Assembly: GCA_030248215.1 (NCBI GenBank)
Contig: JASANG010004046.1
Location: forward strand, 496,001-545,119
Source: Enoplolaimus lenunculus
Lineage: Eukaryota
Reading direction: 5' to 3'
DNA length: 49,119 nucleotides
The notes under the pieces are model-generated. The model saw only the letters and a list, made by a program, of their open reading frames with translations. It was not told the DNA's origin and searched no databases. The position numbers were made by a program, and so were the translations under genes. Below, piece by piece: positions 22,311-36,733 of the stretch (positions are counted from its first letter, which is position 1; each line of letters starts with the position of its first letter).

Positions 22311-22646
22311 TTCAAGTTATAACTGGGGCAGCCCGGAATACGTTTTCTCCATCTGGTTTCGTTGTCAACAAAATATGATCTTAATAGCGGTTATGTAGAC
22401 AAAATGCGAATGTCACGTGGCATTGGCTTATAATTTCCTGATCTCAAGTATTCATCGTATACGAACAGCTTTGGCACATGATGCCATGGGGCATCTTATA
22501 GCGAATATCATGATATTCCGAAATTCTATCGAATATCACATTCTAAAATTCCATTGATAGGGGATCAGCGTGTAGACATAATGTTATCCGCTATTGTAAT
22601 AAATAGGGACAAAACGTGTTCCAGGTTGCCCCAGTTATAACTTGAA
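22311..22646. mobile_element. MITE with ~40-bp TIRs
   Basis: TTCAAGTTATAACTGGGGCAGCCCGGAATACGTTTT versus AAAACGTGTTCCAGGTTGCCCCAGTTATAACTTGAA. Confidence 0.75.
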
Positions 22647-23703
22647 CATTGAATATATATTCCCAAGTCTTGGTATGCCGAATCCTACATGTTATATTTA
22701 GTGCGATTTTTGTAGCATTATAATGTGCGTTATTTTGTTTTATTAAAATGAATCGTTAGTAAAGTTTATTGTTTAGAGTTTTTAATTCAAAGTTTGTATT
22801 GCCTATTTTTTCACTAACCCTCTTAACCGCCTTTTATGGGCGAGTTGAGCTGAATTTCAACAAGTTGTAAGTTTCAAGTACTGCCTCTTGCGTTAATTTT
22901 TATGTTCTGCAACTTCGTTTTTAAGTTTCCTTAATGCTTTATACCCTGAATCGAGGATGACTGTTAGGCAAGACGAATGTAAAGCTGCGTGTGGTCGGTT
23001 TTTTTCTGGTCCATGCTTCAGCACATGATAAGGATATAGTAGTGGTCCCTTATGTGCGACCGTCTTATAATGCGACAAATCAGATGTAGTTTTAATGTAT
23101 TTCGGCTGTATACCAAGCTAGATTTTTAATAATACATCATTTATTGGGAAGTGCTGACTAGTGATGGGCATTGATATTTGTCATATCCGACGATTCTTGT
23201 TCGATTTTTTAGCCGGATATCTGAAATTAATTTATTTATTTCGGGTATCACTAACTCTATTTGCATTTTTTGTTTCCGAACCTCGGTTGTTTCTTAAGCA
23301 CCTGTTTTAACTTATTGCTCTAAGGGAAGTACCTTGACCCATGAGCTGATTGTTATGAGCGCAAAACATACAACTCAAAAATACTGTGTACTAATCCACC
23401 GGTTTTGAGCAACGCGCAAAAGTAAGGTAGGGACCTCATCACCATTTTATCAGAAAAAATTTCTACTGGGGGGCGTACGCCCTCCCGTTCCTATACATCT
23501 GCTAATGCCCGCTTTCTCACTAGACCACAGTAGAGTAGGCTTAAATTTTAGACTCATTTTTTGCTTGGGCATAGGAGTTTTGTTTTAGACTTGTGTTTAT
23601 TACGTTGAAGAGGCTTAAACTTAGGAATATGCTTTGGTTGTTACATTGCTAAAAGTATTGGTCCAAATTTTTAGGACCCGCTCTGGTCTTAATATATTAG
23701 AAC

Positions 23704-24157
23704 CAGAGTGCAACCGGAATTATAAAATACCGGAACCGGAAAGTTAAAAAAATACCGGAACCGGAAAACAATCAATACTTGTAACCCAAAAATTCATTTT
23801 TAGAGCTATTTTATCGCTATTAAAGGAAAAAATACTTTAATTATTAACGATATGAAGTAAAATCTTAAAATCCTATAAAACACCATTTACAATGCCAAAA
23901 TCCTGAAACAAATGCAGAAGCTGAATACGTATGACATGGAGTATGGCACAAATTGCAAATTTTGGCAGTACATGCTTAGAAAATTTTAGAAAACAAGTGT
24001 GAATAATATGCCAATTTTTCTTAAATTTTCGAATGATAAAAATTTTCAATACTGAAAAATTCCGGTGAAAAATTACCGGATTTATATATATTACCGGAAC
24101 CGGATAGTCACAAATACCGGATTTCCCTACCGGGACCGGAATTCCGGTTGCACCCTG
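23704..24157. mobile_element. hAT-family MITE with perfect 8-bp TSD
   Basis: TIRs CAGAGTGCAACCGGAATT / AATTCCGGTTGCACCCTG; TSD ATTAGAAC at 23696-23703 and 24158-24165; subterminal ACCGGA repeats. Confidence 0.9.
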
Positions 24158-26123
24158 ATTAGAACACAGTGCCGATTTGGCTCCTCATGACTTGCCCTCA
24201 TGATTTCGATTAAATTTTAATTTTTAAGGCTTAAATATATACTTTCACTTTTCGTATCGTATATGGACTGCTGTGGAATAAAATTTTTTTCAACAGTTCA
24301 GAAATTTCTATTTTTATGTATATTATTGTGTAAAAGCGAAGCGCTGAGTTGAATTGCGTCATTTTTGCGTTGGATGCTGGTTTAGCGCACCTAATTTGCT
24401 AGTACTCTTTGAATTACTTTTGCTTCAAAATAAGAACCAAGACTATTAAGAAACTCTTTTTCCGTTAAACGAACTGAAGCTATTTATACTGTATAAACGG
24501 AACAACTATAAGCTACATGTTAATAGTTAGCAGATAAATTTGTAAGTGATAGAAAAATTTTAATTTTGTAGTAGATATGAGTGGCGCTATACTTTTCGTG
24601 TGGCGATTTTCGACGCCGTACGGACTGCAAGTTAAAAAATTTTGTTTATGAATTGTTATGCGATGCCATGTAAAAATTCACATACTTTGCGGACGTCATT
24701 AAAAGCATAGCGGCATCTAGTCCGTGCTATCTTAGACAGTTAATTCAAGAAGCAGAAATTGTTTGTTCTGGGACCATGGGACAAGCCCACGGCTTATGAT
24801 ATGATCCTTTCTTCCGTTGTTTTTTTCCAATTGTAAATCGTCTGTATAATCATTTTATTCTCACAGTTTGAAATAGAATTAACCAATTCAACCCAAACCT
24901 TAGAAATGTTAGTTGCACCAGCTATTTCGTCAATAAATTTGTAAAACTTTCGCTAACATTTTCCTATCTAAAATGTTTTTCAAAAAACTGAAACGCCTTA
25001 CAGCTTAAATATAAGTTTTTCGTTTCCAGTATTTAGAGTCCCTGCATCCGCTTTACGTAATACAACCACGTTATTTACTAGTTCGAAGCACGTGGAACGT
25101 GGCTCTAGTTAAGGAACATAAATCGACCGCCAAAGTGTAAAGGTGCAAGTACTTTTAGTGCCAACTTCTCTGTGTAAAGATTTGTCAACCATGGCTTTCA
25201 AGTGAAGTACAGAAGAAAAGGTGATAACACCAAAAAAGTTTGTTAAGTTTGTAATGTGACTGTGGTTTCCAGAAGACATCACATGAATACAGTATACCGA
25301 TAATCATAACTAGCATCACGAGGCCTGTTGCGGCCCTCAACAAAGCTTTACTTTTTTGTCATGAACGATCAGCTTAAGATACCGGTCTAAGAGTAACACA
25401 CTCAGACGTTTTATTCTATAGTTATCTCAAAAATTTGCTCTTTTTCTGAATGCTTAATTTGAAAACACAAGATGAAATGATAATAATAGATGAGTTTCAG
25501 TTTGAAATAGTAACATGACTAGCATTCTTTTACGTTTGAGAATGTACGAAACGCTGTGACAATGAGAACTTAAGTTGACACTATGTTAATAGTAGCAGTA
25601 ACTAGGTTGTTTGGTGGTGTATGAATTTTTTAACCAAACTTTTTTGTTCCTGACATATTTTCCAGGAATCTGAGTTCTTTTTGCTGCTGTCGTACTTTAT
25701 AATCTTGGTGTCGCACAAAATGGAGTGTCTGTCGCACATTAAGGGTTGATCTGACCCATTATCTGTGACAGCAATTGGTTTTAAAATTAAAACAGTTGCC
25801 GTTTCCGCGATGCTATCAGATACAGTCCATAATTAAATATATGGTAGACGAAAGTATTTTCATCTACCTCGTTAAGTGTGGTTAACATTGCTTTTGTTTG
25901 TGTCTACCAGTACTCATTTATTTCTCAAGAATATAAATTGCATTTTTATTTTTCAAATTACTGTCGCACATATGGAACCTTACTAGTTTGTTGTTGTCCA
26001 CGGTCCAAACGGATATAGGACCTAGAGTCGGATAGTGACTTACCGGACCCATTGTGTGATGTTGGACACAGTTTGTGTGCCGTTGGACACATTTGAGTCA
26101 CCGAAAAGAAATGTTTAACTAAA

Positions 26124-26127
<4 letters not shown>

Positions 26128-26184
<57 letters not shown>
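26128..26184. repeat. (ATT)n microsatellite
   Basis: About 19 ATT units. Confidence 0.95.
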
Positions 26185-26185
<1 letters not shown>

Positions 26186-26631
26186 GTATTAGATTTTTCA
26201 GTTTACTTCAGTGTGCAAAACAGTCCATCTTTAAATAGTCGTTTTATTTATGATATCCAATGCCGTGAGTCGAAATATCCGGCATCTGGTAGGTTTTTAC
26301 CAGAGCCAGGTACGGATGACGGTTTTTCTTTAGATATTAAAAAACGGCCATATGTCCGGTCGCAGTTGTAACGAATATATTTTATGTCTTAAGTAGTTTC
26401 CTCGAGATAATTAAGGATAACTTTGGTTGGTGATTCGGAGAGCACATCAGAAGTTAACTACAACCAATTTGTATTTTGTTCAGACTGTCGAATATCTTGC
26501 TGCACATCTTCAGCAATTAAATTCTTTTTGAGCAATCTTAGTTACTCTTAGAACTGGTTTGAAGCTCCAAAATAAATCGGTTGGATAAAACAATACGGTC
26601 AGAATTTGCTTTCGGGATTTCCTTTCCCGGC

Positions 26632-27078
26632 TACTGTATTGATCCGAATAAGAGGGTGGTAATAAGATGAGGTCCCCATTTTGAGTCCCAATTAATAGGA
26701 GTCCGTATCCCTAATAAGAGCCCGTAAGCGGATAGAGTCCCTAAACCCTAATTAGAGTCCATCAATGACAATTAGCTCAAATTGTAGCGCATTAATGACT
26801 CCAAGACCATATAAAGTTGAGTTCGAAACTTAAAGCGTACTTAAGTTTTGAAAATAACAATCCAAAGTATAACCTTGCATTATCGCTCAAGCTTTTGATG
26901 CAAGGCAAAAACGTTTAATTCAACGAATAGTTGCAATACCGAATATATCAGCAAGCGAAGGACGGCGTAGGGCGGGTTAAAAATAAATAACAGTCCGTAA
27001 CCGAATATCAAGGGGGGAGGTACCATCTGGAGAGGCCAAATAAATATCAGTCCCCCTCTTATTCGCGTCATTACAGTA
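26632..27078. mobile_element. Tc1/mariner-like MITE
   Basis: TACTGTATTGATCCGAATAAGAGGG versus CCCTCTTATTCGCGTCATTACAGTA; TA at both ends. Confidence 0.75.
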
Positions 27079-30000
27079 TGTTTCTAATAAAGCTTAACGG
27101 GACCAGAAAATATTTGGTTACTAAAACCATATTGGCGCAAAAACGCAGCCTTTTTCAAATTTTATACTTAATGTTATGTTTTATTTTTTAAGTATTATAA
27201 TTAATAACATTGTTATATAATAATCAAGTATATATGATATTTTCATTGTTACCGGCATGCTCAGGGCGACCGGTCTCGCTCTTGACCGCTTGCGTTCGGT
27301 TTTACCGTCGAAACTATTTGTGTCGTGCTCATCGGCCGTGGAAGTACAATACTTCAATGCGAACTCACGGAATTGATAAACGTTTACAGTCGATGACAAG
27401 TCGCCGCATTGTGATGCGTCGGATTTATCGTGATCAAGGATTTTTCGGATTTGGTCACCGAGATTTGTACCGCGACCAAGATAGGCAGTTGAATTATCCT
27501 ATTGCTTGAAGCGGAATGCGGTTGGAAGATTTTTCGAGTCGAGTTGAATTTTAAAGTTGACGTGACAGTTTGAATGGTAGGGTTGGATTGGAACCGTGGG
27601 TCACGAGATAAAGTTTTTAATTTTGTATGAATGTTGAAACGGGATATATATTGCTTAGAAAAACATTGTACAATACAATATAGGTTTAAAAATGTTACAA
27701 GCGAAACATAAATAGGCTTATAGTGCAAGAATGTCGAATTTTAGGATTAGCGTACCAAAACGAGAACTCTGGTTGCATGCTAATTTGTTCTGATGGAGGT
27801 CGTTGTTTTCAAGATTTTTACACGAGTTTGGAAATATGGCCCATGTAAAGGCCAGAGGCATGAACGCTATTCCGCGGCACTGGAATAGAGTAAGCTTAAG
27901 CTTTAGACTATTTTTTGATTTGGTTAACGCTTAGGTATAAGCTCATTCTATACTACTGTCTCGTCCCGGCTTTATACATTGGCCGGAAATATACACACAA
28001 ATGGTGAATAGCGATTCTGTCATAAAATATCTGTCATTAAAATAATTCGTAGAACATTTGCCACGGTTTTTGGTTTTTGATATGTGCTGTGTAGTATTTA
28101 AGTAGGATAGAAGAGGAGTACATTCATAACTAAAAAGTGTTTCTTTACTTCTGGGTGTTAATATGATCGAATTAAAATGAGTTTGAACTTTTAATGAATA
28201 TTACTAATCAACCCAATCAGCAGCTGCAGCTCAGCATTTCGTTGTGTAACTTTTTTAAATTATGCTGAAAAAAATTCAACTGAGGTGGGGATAGCGGTGG
28301 TGGGTACATGACGACTGCGTCTAAGTACGCCCTGCGTCCTTGAAAAGGATTTGGAGGCAAAGTAATTGTATATTATATAACCCTTTCCAAATACAAATAG
28401 TAAACCAGCAATGCATACAGTACCAGGCCAGAATTTAACATTCTTTACATCGTACGTGCATTCTACACTCTCCACAAGATGTGGATGCTATCTGGGTCTG
28501 ATGGTACTCATAACCAGCTCCCAGCCGTGAGGATGAAGTTGAGTTAGAGTCCTAGCTTGAAATTAAATCAAATTAAAAATAAACATGTCAGAAAGAGTTA
28601 ACAGTTTCCATGTTCTAATAGTTTAGTGAAAACATTCGCAAAAATGTATGCGGATGTAAAGATCCGCACTTAACTTTGTGGATGCTGGCATTCGCAGCAT
28701 CTCTAGTACGTATATATGCACTTAAAATGGTTTATTACAAAGTTGAAAAGTGTTTTTCGGTTGTCGGCCTATATGTAAAACCAATCCGAATCTACGCACC
28801 TTTTTAAATACATTTGATTTTGAAGTCGCAAAAACATCGTTAAGCGAATTGGTCTGCACTACGCCATATAGGCCGCCTCTCCAACTGCTGTCATGTTCGA
28901 CTATATGTCTCAACTTGAATGCTGCCAAGAAACAGCAAAGCATACCGTGCATTGTGTTGTTTATGTATAGTTTTATAATAAATTAAGTTCGAGTGTTTTG
29001 GAAGAGCTGATTGTAAATTTGACGCTGATTATATATGCTGAGGTTCTTCGTTATAATTCATAATATCAGCATAATCCTGCCACCTAAAAGTTTAAAAATA
29101 GCCTCCAATCATTTTTCAACAGTTCGTTCAAAAATACGTAAAAATCACAGCACAAACTGCTGTAACTTGGTGCAGCGATTCTATTCCGGAGCAAGAGGTC
29201 GACCGATTTGCTCTGGCAGGAATCCGAGTCACATCTTTTGAATATCAAGTTGCGCTGTTTTGATAATAACTTCAACTTTGAAAATATCTGCAAGCTACAA
29301 AGAAGTTTACTGACAAACTATACCAGTTGTTTAGTACCCATACTTTCAGCCGAAGGTTTGCTCCGGCAAAAAATCGACGTTCGACCCCGGCAGTAAATCG
29401 ACCTCCGGCTTCAGTTGTAGAATTGTTACCGGACGATACAGGCAGTTTCGGTACTGAAAGTTTTCATTAAAAGTTGAGTCCTTATAAAGTGCTTAAGTGA
29501 GTTTGTTGCCAGCTACCTTTGGGCCAGTTTTGACAGTTATATTTGATAGAATTTTCAATTATTCAAACCTGATGTTTGAGTTTATATGAAATACAAGTAA
29601 CGGAAGTCATCCAAAATTATAAAAATTTCGGTGCATCCTCTATTTTTCTTTGATTTTAGAAATCTCGGTGAATGTTTACATGCCTCAGTAATGGCAGAAA
29701 AATAAAACGTGTTTTATTTTTTATACTTCAATATTCGTTTTCCGTTTCTGTTATTTTTACTATCCGTTTTTCACCATGCTCCCTGGTTGTACTCCACTTA
29801 GTCGAAACCAGCTGTCTTTTATGTAATGCTTCGACGCGTAAGGATATTGTGCTAATTCAATCAAACCGGGGACTGATTTAATCTGGTTTTGTGTTTTAGA
29901 AATGTCAACAGAAAAAGCAACGCTTAAATGTACATATAGCGATGTGTTAGTATGGGTTTTTTATATACAATTTATAATACCAATAGAAGTCTTTAAGTTG

Positions 30001-30959
30001 TGTGAAGTGGTTTATTTTTGGCGAAAAACCTCATATTTTTGCACTAGAGTCCAAATTTCGTCTATTGGTTTGCTAGATGTCGGACGAACTCTTATTCCAG
30101 CGTCTATAGGGGTATAATATATCCTGGATCTTGAAAAAATGTGTACGTTATAATACACAAAAATATCAAAGAGTGGTTTCCTTTTTTATCCAGCGCAAAA
30201 GTATCCTAAAAATGCCTGGACGAAAATGTTCAAGGGTTTTGACAGCTATGTCTCTATGGCTATGCCCTTACTTGCGTCTGAATAGTGCCTACCAGAGTTT
30301 AGGTTGTAATGGACTTTGCTGGTTGGTTCTATATGTCGTATGATAAATGAGGCGACCAATGTTTTGTGGGTATATTGGAATGCTTCTCATAAAAGACCAA
30401 GGTTGTCAAATACGTAGGTTTGACGTATGACGAAAGAAAATTTATTATCGGGATTTTTCTTGTAGTCAGTATAGTAAAGTTTTGCCGTGTCTATATCATT
30501 TGTGCTAAAAACTCGATCACAGCTCTATGTGCTGTTAACTTCAAAAAATCTCTTACCTCATTCCAATATGTATATTTATTATTTCATCAAGTAAATTTCA
30601 AGCTAAGATTCAAACACCGCACTCTCGAATGGGAAACGCTAAGCATACCACTTAACTATAAGAACGTGATGCTTGAGTCTGAGAGGCTCTGAATTGTTGC
30701 AAACAGTTAGTACTGCATAAACGTGTAATAATTACGTACCTTTTAATACATGCAACAATTTCATCAGCAATAGCGAATTGTTGGACCGAAAAGGTCAAAC
30801 AGGCCTAAAATTTTACCATATTATGTCCGAACGCAGTGCGAAACATTTACTGACGGTTTGTCTTTAAAGTTGCGAAAAGACGCACATACTATAAGAATTT
30901 CAAACATTTCTGTGCTATCGGGTTATTCGTAAACCTCTACACAAGTCCCTGCAGTGAAA

Positions 30960-31510
30960 CAATAAAGCAAAGAAAATGCGTCAGGCAAGAATTCAGACGC
31001 AGTTTTATCGGCATAAACCAAGCGTTTGTATTACGGTTTAGCACGAAACTGACGTTTGGCTTCTCGCTCGCTTTGTTCGCGAAATTTGTTTCCACAATTT
31101 ATCTTGCTCGACTTCTTTTTCAGAACTTTCTGTTTCCGTCAGTGGATGAATATATAACTAAGTTTAATTCATAAACTACGTCTAACACGGAACCCACGCG
31201 TGAAGTTTTAAACCCAAAGGTGAAACATATAAGCATTGCGGTGAGAAATAATACAAAGGAAAGAAAGTTTGCCAGCCAACAATTAAGACGCAGTTTTAGC
31301 ATAAACCAAGATTTTGTACTAAGGTTTAGCACACAATGACGTTTGCCTTCTCGCTCGTATCGCTTCACACTATCATGTGCGGCCCGCTTTTCAAAAATTT
31401 CTGGTTCAACCAGTTGATAAATATAGAACTATCCTTAAATTATAACCTACGTCGAAAAATGAACCCACGCTTTAAGCCATGAATTTTGTTCCGAAAGTAA
31501 AACATTTAAG
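30960..31510. repeat. Decayed ~280-bp tandem duplication
   Basis: AGACGCAGTTTTA..GCATAAACCAAG...GGTTTAGCAC...TGACGTTTG.CTTCTCGCTCG at ~30995 and ~31285; CTACGTC...GAACCCACGC at ~31176 and ~31447. Confidence 0.7.
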
Positions 31511-34036
31511 TGTTAACACCTTATGCCCTGTTTGAAACGTAAGCCTAGACCAAAATTTTTAACCAAGTATATACAAAGTTTAAATTTATTAAGCCAGGGC
31601 TGGGCCTTGTTCTTACGCAGTTTATACCTTGGCTTTGTCTTTTTTCAAATGTTAACTGTGGATATTTATCTCAGCGTTTGATAGGCGGAAACACCTTTTG
31701 TTGGTTTTATCCCAGACCCAACATAGCCAACCAGGACATAAAATATATATGACTGCCTGCACTTAGGAATTTAGCGTTGGAGATCAACCCTGCAAAAATC
31801 GACTAAAATATTGGTTTTTTAAAGATAGAGTTAACAAACCAGTGACAGCTCTGTTAGACACTGTTTATACGTGACGGTAATGAATACGAACTGGGGGTGC
31901 CCACATGACCCCCTTGTCGTTACACCTCCGCCCGCTTGGTCGGCTTTCAAAGTTTAAGAGGCACCACGGGCCGCCTACTTCACTCAATACTGGTGGTATG
32001 CCCGTCATTTATTTTCTACATATACCAACCCGACTAACCACCGCATATATATGGCGTATGTATAATGCTTTTGTATTTTTTCTTCTGGTTCTGCTCCATT
32101 TTAGGCGTAATATATTACTGTTTCTTGCAACCCTGCGCCATCAAAAGCTTTAGTTATATGCTGTACCAGCGGTGTATTTTTTTATTGAATGGTAGATTGT
32201 TCAAAGTTTTCAATGGTTCTTATAGAAAAAAATTTGTCAACCACAACCGCAAAAATTAATTGTAAAGTTAGTATCTCTTGAGCGTTATCCCTGAATGATT
32301 GTCCGGACAATGTCATGGACGTAGCTGTAGGATTTCATTTCGGCGGGTGTAGCGAGCGAGAGCCAATTGTTTTACGCGCTGGATGCAGCAGCAAAGTTTA
32401 ACGCCTGTAATGCAAAAGTACCGTTTTTCTTGACTCGCTAGAAATTTCAGTGAATATATCATATCTCATCAACGCCACTTTGAAATTACATCTGGTCAAG
32501 TTTTATTATTTTTCGCCATCATAGCGTGTCTATCGCTGTGGATATGTCACTGTGACGTCAAACTGTTGTTGTCATCACCACTACATTTACTATGGCAGAC
32601 AGCACTTTTTATACTTTAAGCAGTTAAACTGAAATTCACACTGTTTTTCTAAGACCCCGCAAACACTACCTGCTCCAAAGAGAGGGGGGGCGAGATGGAG
32701 GCGGGCGTCCCTCCTGTCAGATATATTTGTGGTAAACGGTAAGGTTTTTCCGCTCTTACATTACAATTTTCTCCCTCAAGAAGATTTTTCTGTGGTAAAA
32801 TGATGAGGTCCCTACTTTTTAATTTTTTGCTGCTAATGGCACATATATAACATTCAGTAAAAATTGCGTTTCATAACTTTTGCCAGTCTGGATCTGCCTT
32901 TTAAGTAAATGCCCAAGAACGCCAAGAAACCTTCAATTTTTCAGCAAAATATGTTCTGCTTTTTTTCTTCTTTTGTGCCCCCAATAACAATGATTGCCGA
33001 CTTGTTTTCATGGTGTTTTTCAAGTCGGTTAAAGGTTTTTTGCATATCTGGACTTCTCATTACTGGTCTGGTTCCCGTCTACATTGAATTTTGGATGCGG
33101 TCTCGTGTAGAAACCACTCAGTTGTCGGGGTACGTATTTCAGAATTGTTGATATTTTTGTAACATTCAATATCCGTCCGTACGGATGACACTTGTTTAGG
33201 TTTTTCGTTTTAGGGTAGCTACTTAGAATTTATAATACTTTCTACTTGTATCAGTAAAAACTTGGAGCTTCTGTGTTAGCTCGAGAGAAAATGCCTTCCG
33301 TTTTTAATGCAGTGGTCTCGTCCGGAATTTGAAAATCCTATTTTTACCCCCCATCCTGTTAAATGCAAACTTCATTTGCACACAGTGAGGCACCCTGCCA
33401 TTGATCCGAACCGACGAAAGCATACTTCTGTCTAATTTGTAAGTTTCGACTACTTTTCTGAAAAGTATAAAAAATTTGCGCTTTGCGCATAACTAAACAC
33501 CATTTAATTGGTTTTCAAACTTACCCCTTCGAAAAAAGTAGGCGAACTGCACAATACTGCACAACCCATTTCATATACAGATGTGATTAATACGCATGCT
33601 TTGTTGCTCTTTGACAGCCATCCTGCGGACACCAGACCTTCCTTTCCGCTGCATGCGCTCTCGCACTGCAGCGCAGTTTATTTTCCACGCATACAGACTC
33701 TGCAAATTCTTTGCACCTTACCTGTATAACAACAGCAATAAACGCTACACGTCCGTATAGCGCCACACGACATGTTAAGCACCACCCTTACTGAATCAAA
33801 TTGTATTCGATTTTATTTTAAACAGTGGTGGATCCTTGCCGAATGGTTGGTTGTATCCACCATCACCAGCCGTGTCGCTGCTAAAGCGATGCAAATACTT
33901 TATCTGTGACTAAAAATGTGTTTTCTAGTCAAATAGGTGTATAAACATCGCGAGATGACAACACGAATTTAAAATTTATGCGCCTTCACGCGCAATTTGT
34001 GCATCTAAAAATATCGAAAAAATTGCTCAAATCGCG

Positions 34037-34683
34037 CTGTAAAACTGTAAAATTTCAAAATATAAAAACTGTAAAATTTAAAAACATAAAAACTATAAAA
34101 CTTCAAAACATAAAAACTGTAAAATTTCAAAACATAAAAACTGTAAAATTTCAAAACATAAAACTGTAAAATTTCAAAATATAAAACTGTAAAATTTAAA
34201 AACATAAAAACTGTAAAACTTCAAAACATAAAAACTGTAAAATTTCAAAACATAAAAACTGTAAAATTTAAAAACATAAAAACTGTAAAACTTCAAAACA
34301 TAAAAACTGTAAAACTTCAAAACATAAAAACTGTAAAATTTCAAAATATAAAAACTGTAAAATTTAAAAACATAAAAACTGTAAAACTTCAAACCATAAA
34401 AACTGTAAAATTTCAAAATATAAAAACTGTAAAATTTAAAAACATAAAAACTGTAAAACTTCAAAACATAAAAACTGTAAAACTTCAAAACATAAAAACT
34501 GTAAAATTTCAAAATATAAAAACTGTAAAATTTTAAAACATAAAAACTGTAAAATTTCAAAACATAAAAACTGTAAAATTTCAGAACATAAAAACTGTAA
34601 AATTTCAAAACACAAAAACTGTAAAATTTCAAAACATAAAAAACTGTAAAATTTCAGAACACAAAAACTGTAAAATTTCAGAA
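34037..34683. repeat. 24-bp minisatellite (~27 copies)
   Basis: Unit AAAAACTGTAAAA(T/C)TTCAAAACAT; explains the 8-aa periodic YVLKFYSF ORFs. Confidence 0.95.
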
Positions 34684-36232
34684 TGCAAAAACTATCCCCT
34701 CTCTCACTGCGGAATCCTGGGATTCGCAACACGATTTCAAAGGTTGAAATTTCGAAAGACACTATTCGATTTTGTTTGTTTTCAAATTTAAACTTCTATA
34801 TTTTAAAAACAAGCTCCATCGTTAAAGATGGTGTAAATTGTTCCCTTGTGTTTTCTCGAAAAAAGTTAGCTCTTTGATTCTTTGAGATTTAAAGTTTTTG
34901 CAGAAGAAATCGGAATGTTTTGTTCCGCAATTTACCACATTTGTTCTTTTGGCCTTTTGCTCAATTTAAACTTTGGGCTTACATTTGCCTTGCATTTATG
35001 TATTCACAACTATTATGAAGTTTTGGACGTTGCTTGATGTAAAATTTTGTATCCTGCTTGCGAAAAATTGTTTCCGCTAGGGCCGCTATTTCAAATATTG
35101 ATTCAAAGATTGTATTTGTAAATAGTGATTTCTCTTGTCATCTGTTAGTGCCGGCTCCGGCTGGTGCTCTGGCATATTGTTGCCAGCGTTGCGCTTCGGT
35201 TCCGGTATTTGTCACATCCGGTTGTTAAATGGTTATAGGTTTTCAAATTAACTCTCTCTAAAAACTTAGGCTTAAATTATAGCTTAACTAAACTATTAGT
35301 TTAAGTAAAAGTTAAATAGCTGGGCGGACTAACTAAACTACAATTTTAAGCTTAACTTGAACTAGCATTTTTTAAGTTTAATTCGAGTGTAAGCTAAGCT
35401 TGTTCTTGGTTTATGTAAGAAATGTTGCTCAAAACTAATGTTGGTATGTTTTAGAATTCATTAAGTTAGAAGTATATTCCTAATTGACTTGCTTAACTCA
35501 CAGCGAATGTCCTAAGCGATAGATAGTTGTCTAAATATATAACAGGGGCTGCTTAGAAAACTGACCAACCCTCAACTAAAATTTTGTATTAAGATTTAGC
35601 ACTAAGCTTGATTTGAGCTTCCCGTTCATTTTGGTCGCGAGCGGTTGTCAGTATTATATATATGTCGCGGGTCTTTCCCACATTACCAATTACTGGATCT
35701 GCCGCTGATATCTGGAATCACCTTGCGTTTCAAACGAAACATAAAATTGGAAACTCTATTTTAAAACTGAAAATGTTCAAGGTTTGTTTTGCGATATTGA
35801 GCAAACAAAATTTTTTTGTTCGATTTCAAAGCGGAATATGCCTCTCAAATTTATAATGGTTTGAGAATTTCTCTTTTGTGTACACTTTGGCATGTGTCCC
35901 TGTAAGTTTGTTTCGTTGTTATTTGATATGCCAGCGTGTGCGGTTTTAGGTCTTAATACAAGGTATAATATTTTTTGTGTTTCTGTTTGTGTTTTTTCTT
36001 GCTAACGTGCGTTAATACTGTCGAATGATTTCGTGCATAACTTGAGAGGCTGTTTTGGTAGAAATGACCATCTGCCTTGGTAAAAGGTATTTAATAATGG
36101 CTAACAAGTACGATCGGAGGTCTGCCTAAGGTTTAAGAACTTCCGGCAGAAATTTGACATCCTGCTTTTTTACAACACTGCGCAGATTATTGTTAAATTA
36201 GTAAATTTAACTAACTTTTTAGTGAATTTTAG

Positions 36233-36543
36233 TTTCACGTGCGGCTCCATCATATGTCTTGCCGAATCTGGAACAGTATCGACGATGTTTAAGTTCCGAC
36301 GTCTACGAAACATTGTGCGAAAAACTGTTTAAGTTTATTCGGCGAGATGCTGTGCTGAACGGGGGCCAGCTAGTTTCTCCAGATAGAGCGAGGAATGCCG
36401 CAAGCCAAATTAATCCCGAACATTGTGGTACTCTGCGGGCAAGCTCATTTGTCACGAACCAAATGTCGCCGGCAGAAAATTTGGTTACGCCTAGGCCGTT
36501 GAATACATCGACTCCAGTTCAAAGTACTGTCAAATCAATTACC
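36233..36543 (+). CDS. Orphan exon-like segment
   Basis: TTTTAG acceptor, open frame SRAAPSYVLPNLEQYRRCLSSDVYETLCEKLFKFIRR...STPVQST, possible GTACAT donor; no family recognised. Confidence 0.35.
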
Positions 36544-36733
36544 GTACATATTTTTAATTGTGTGTAGCGTCTATCTCTAGTTGATGATAGGTCATGTGCA
36601 CAATTTATTAGAATCTGAAAACTACAGTTGAACGTCTTTGTCGAGTTTTTTACGTTTGAACTATAGAGGTAAAACCACGACCGCAGCAAAGTCTAAAAAT
36701 TTCGCGAAATTGTTATAGAACTACCGTTTAACG

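Noticed and set aside
33978..34762. YVLKFYSF / CFEILQFL repeat ORFs
   Set aside because: Translation of the 24-bp minisatellite
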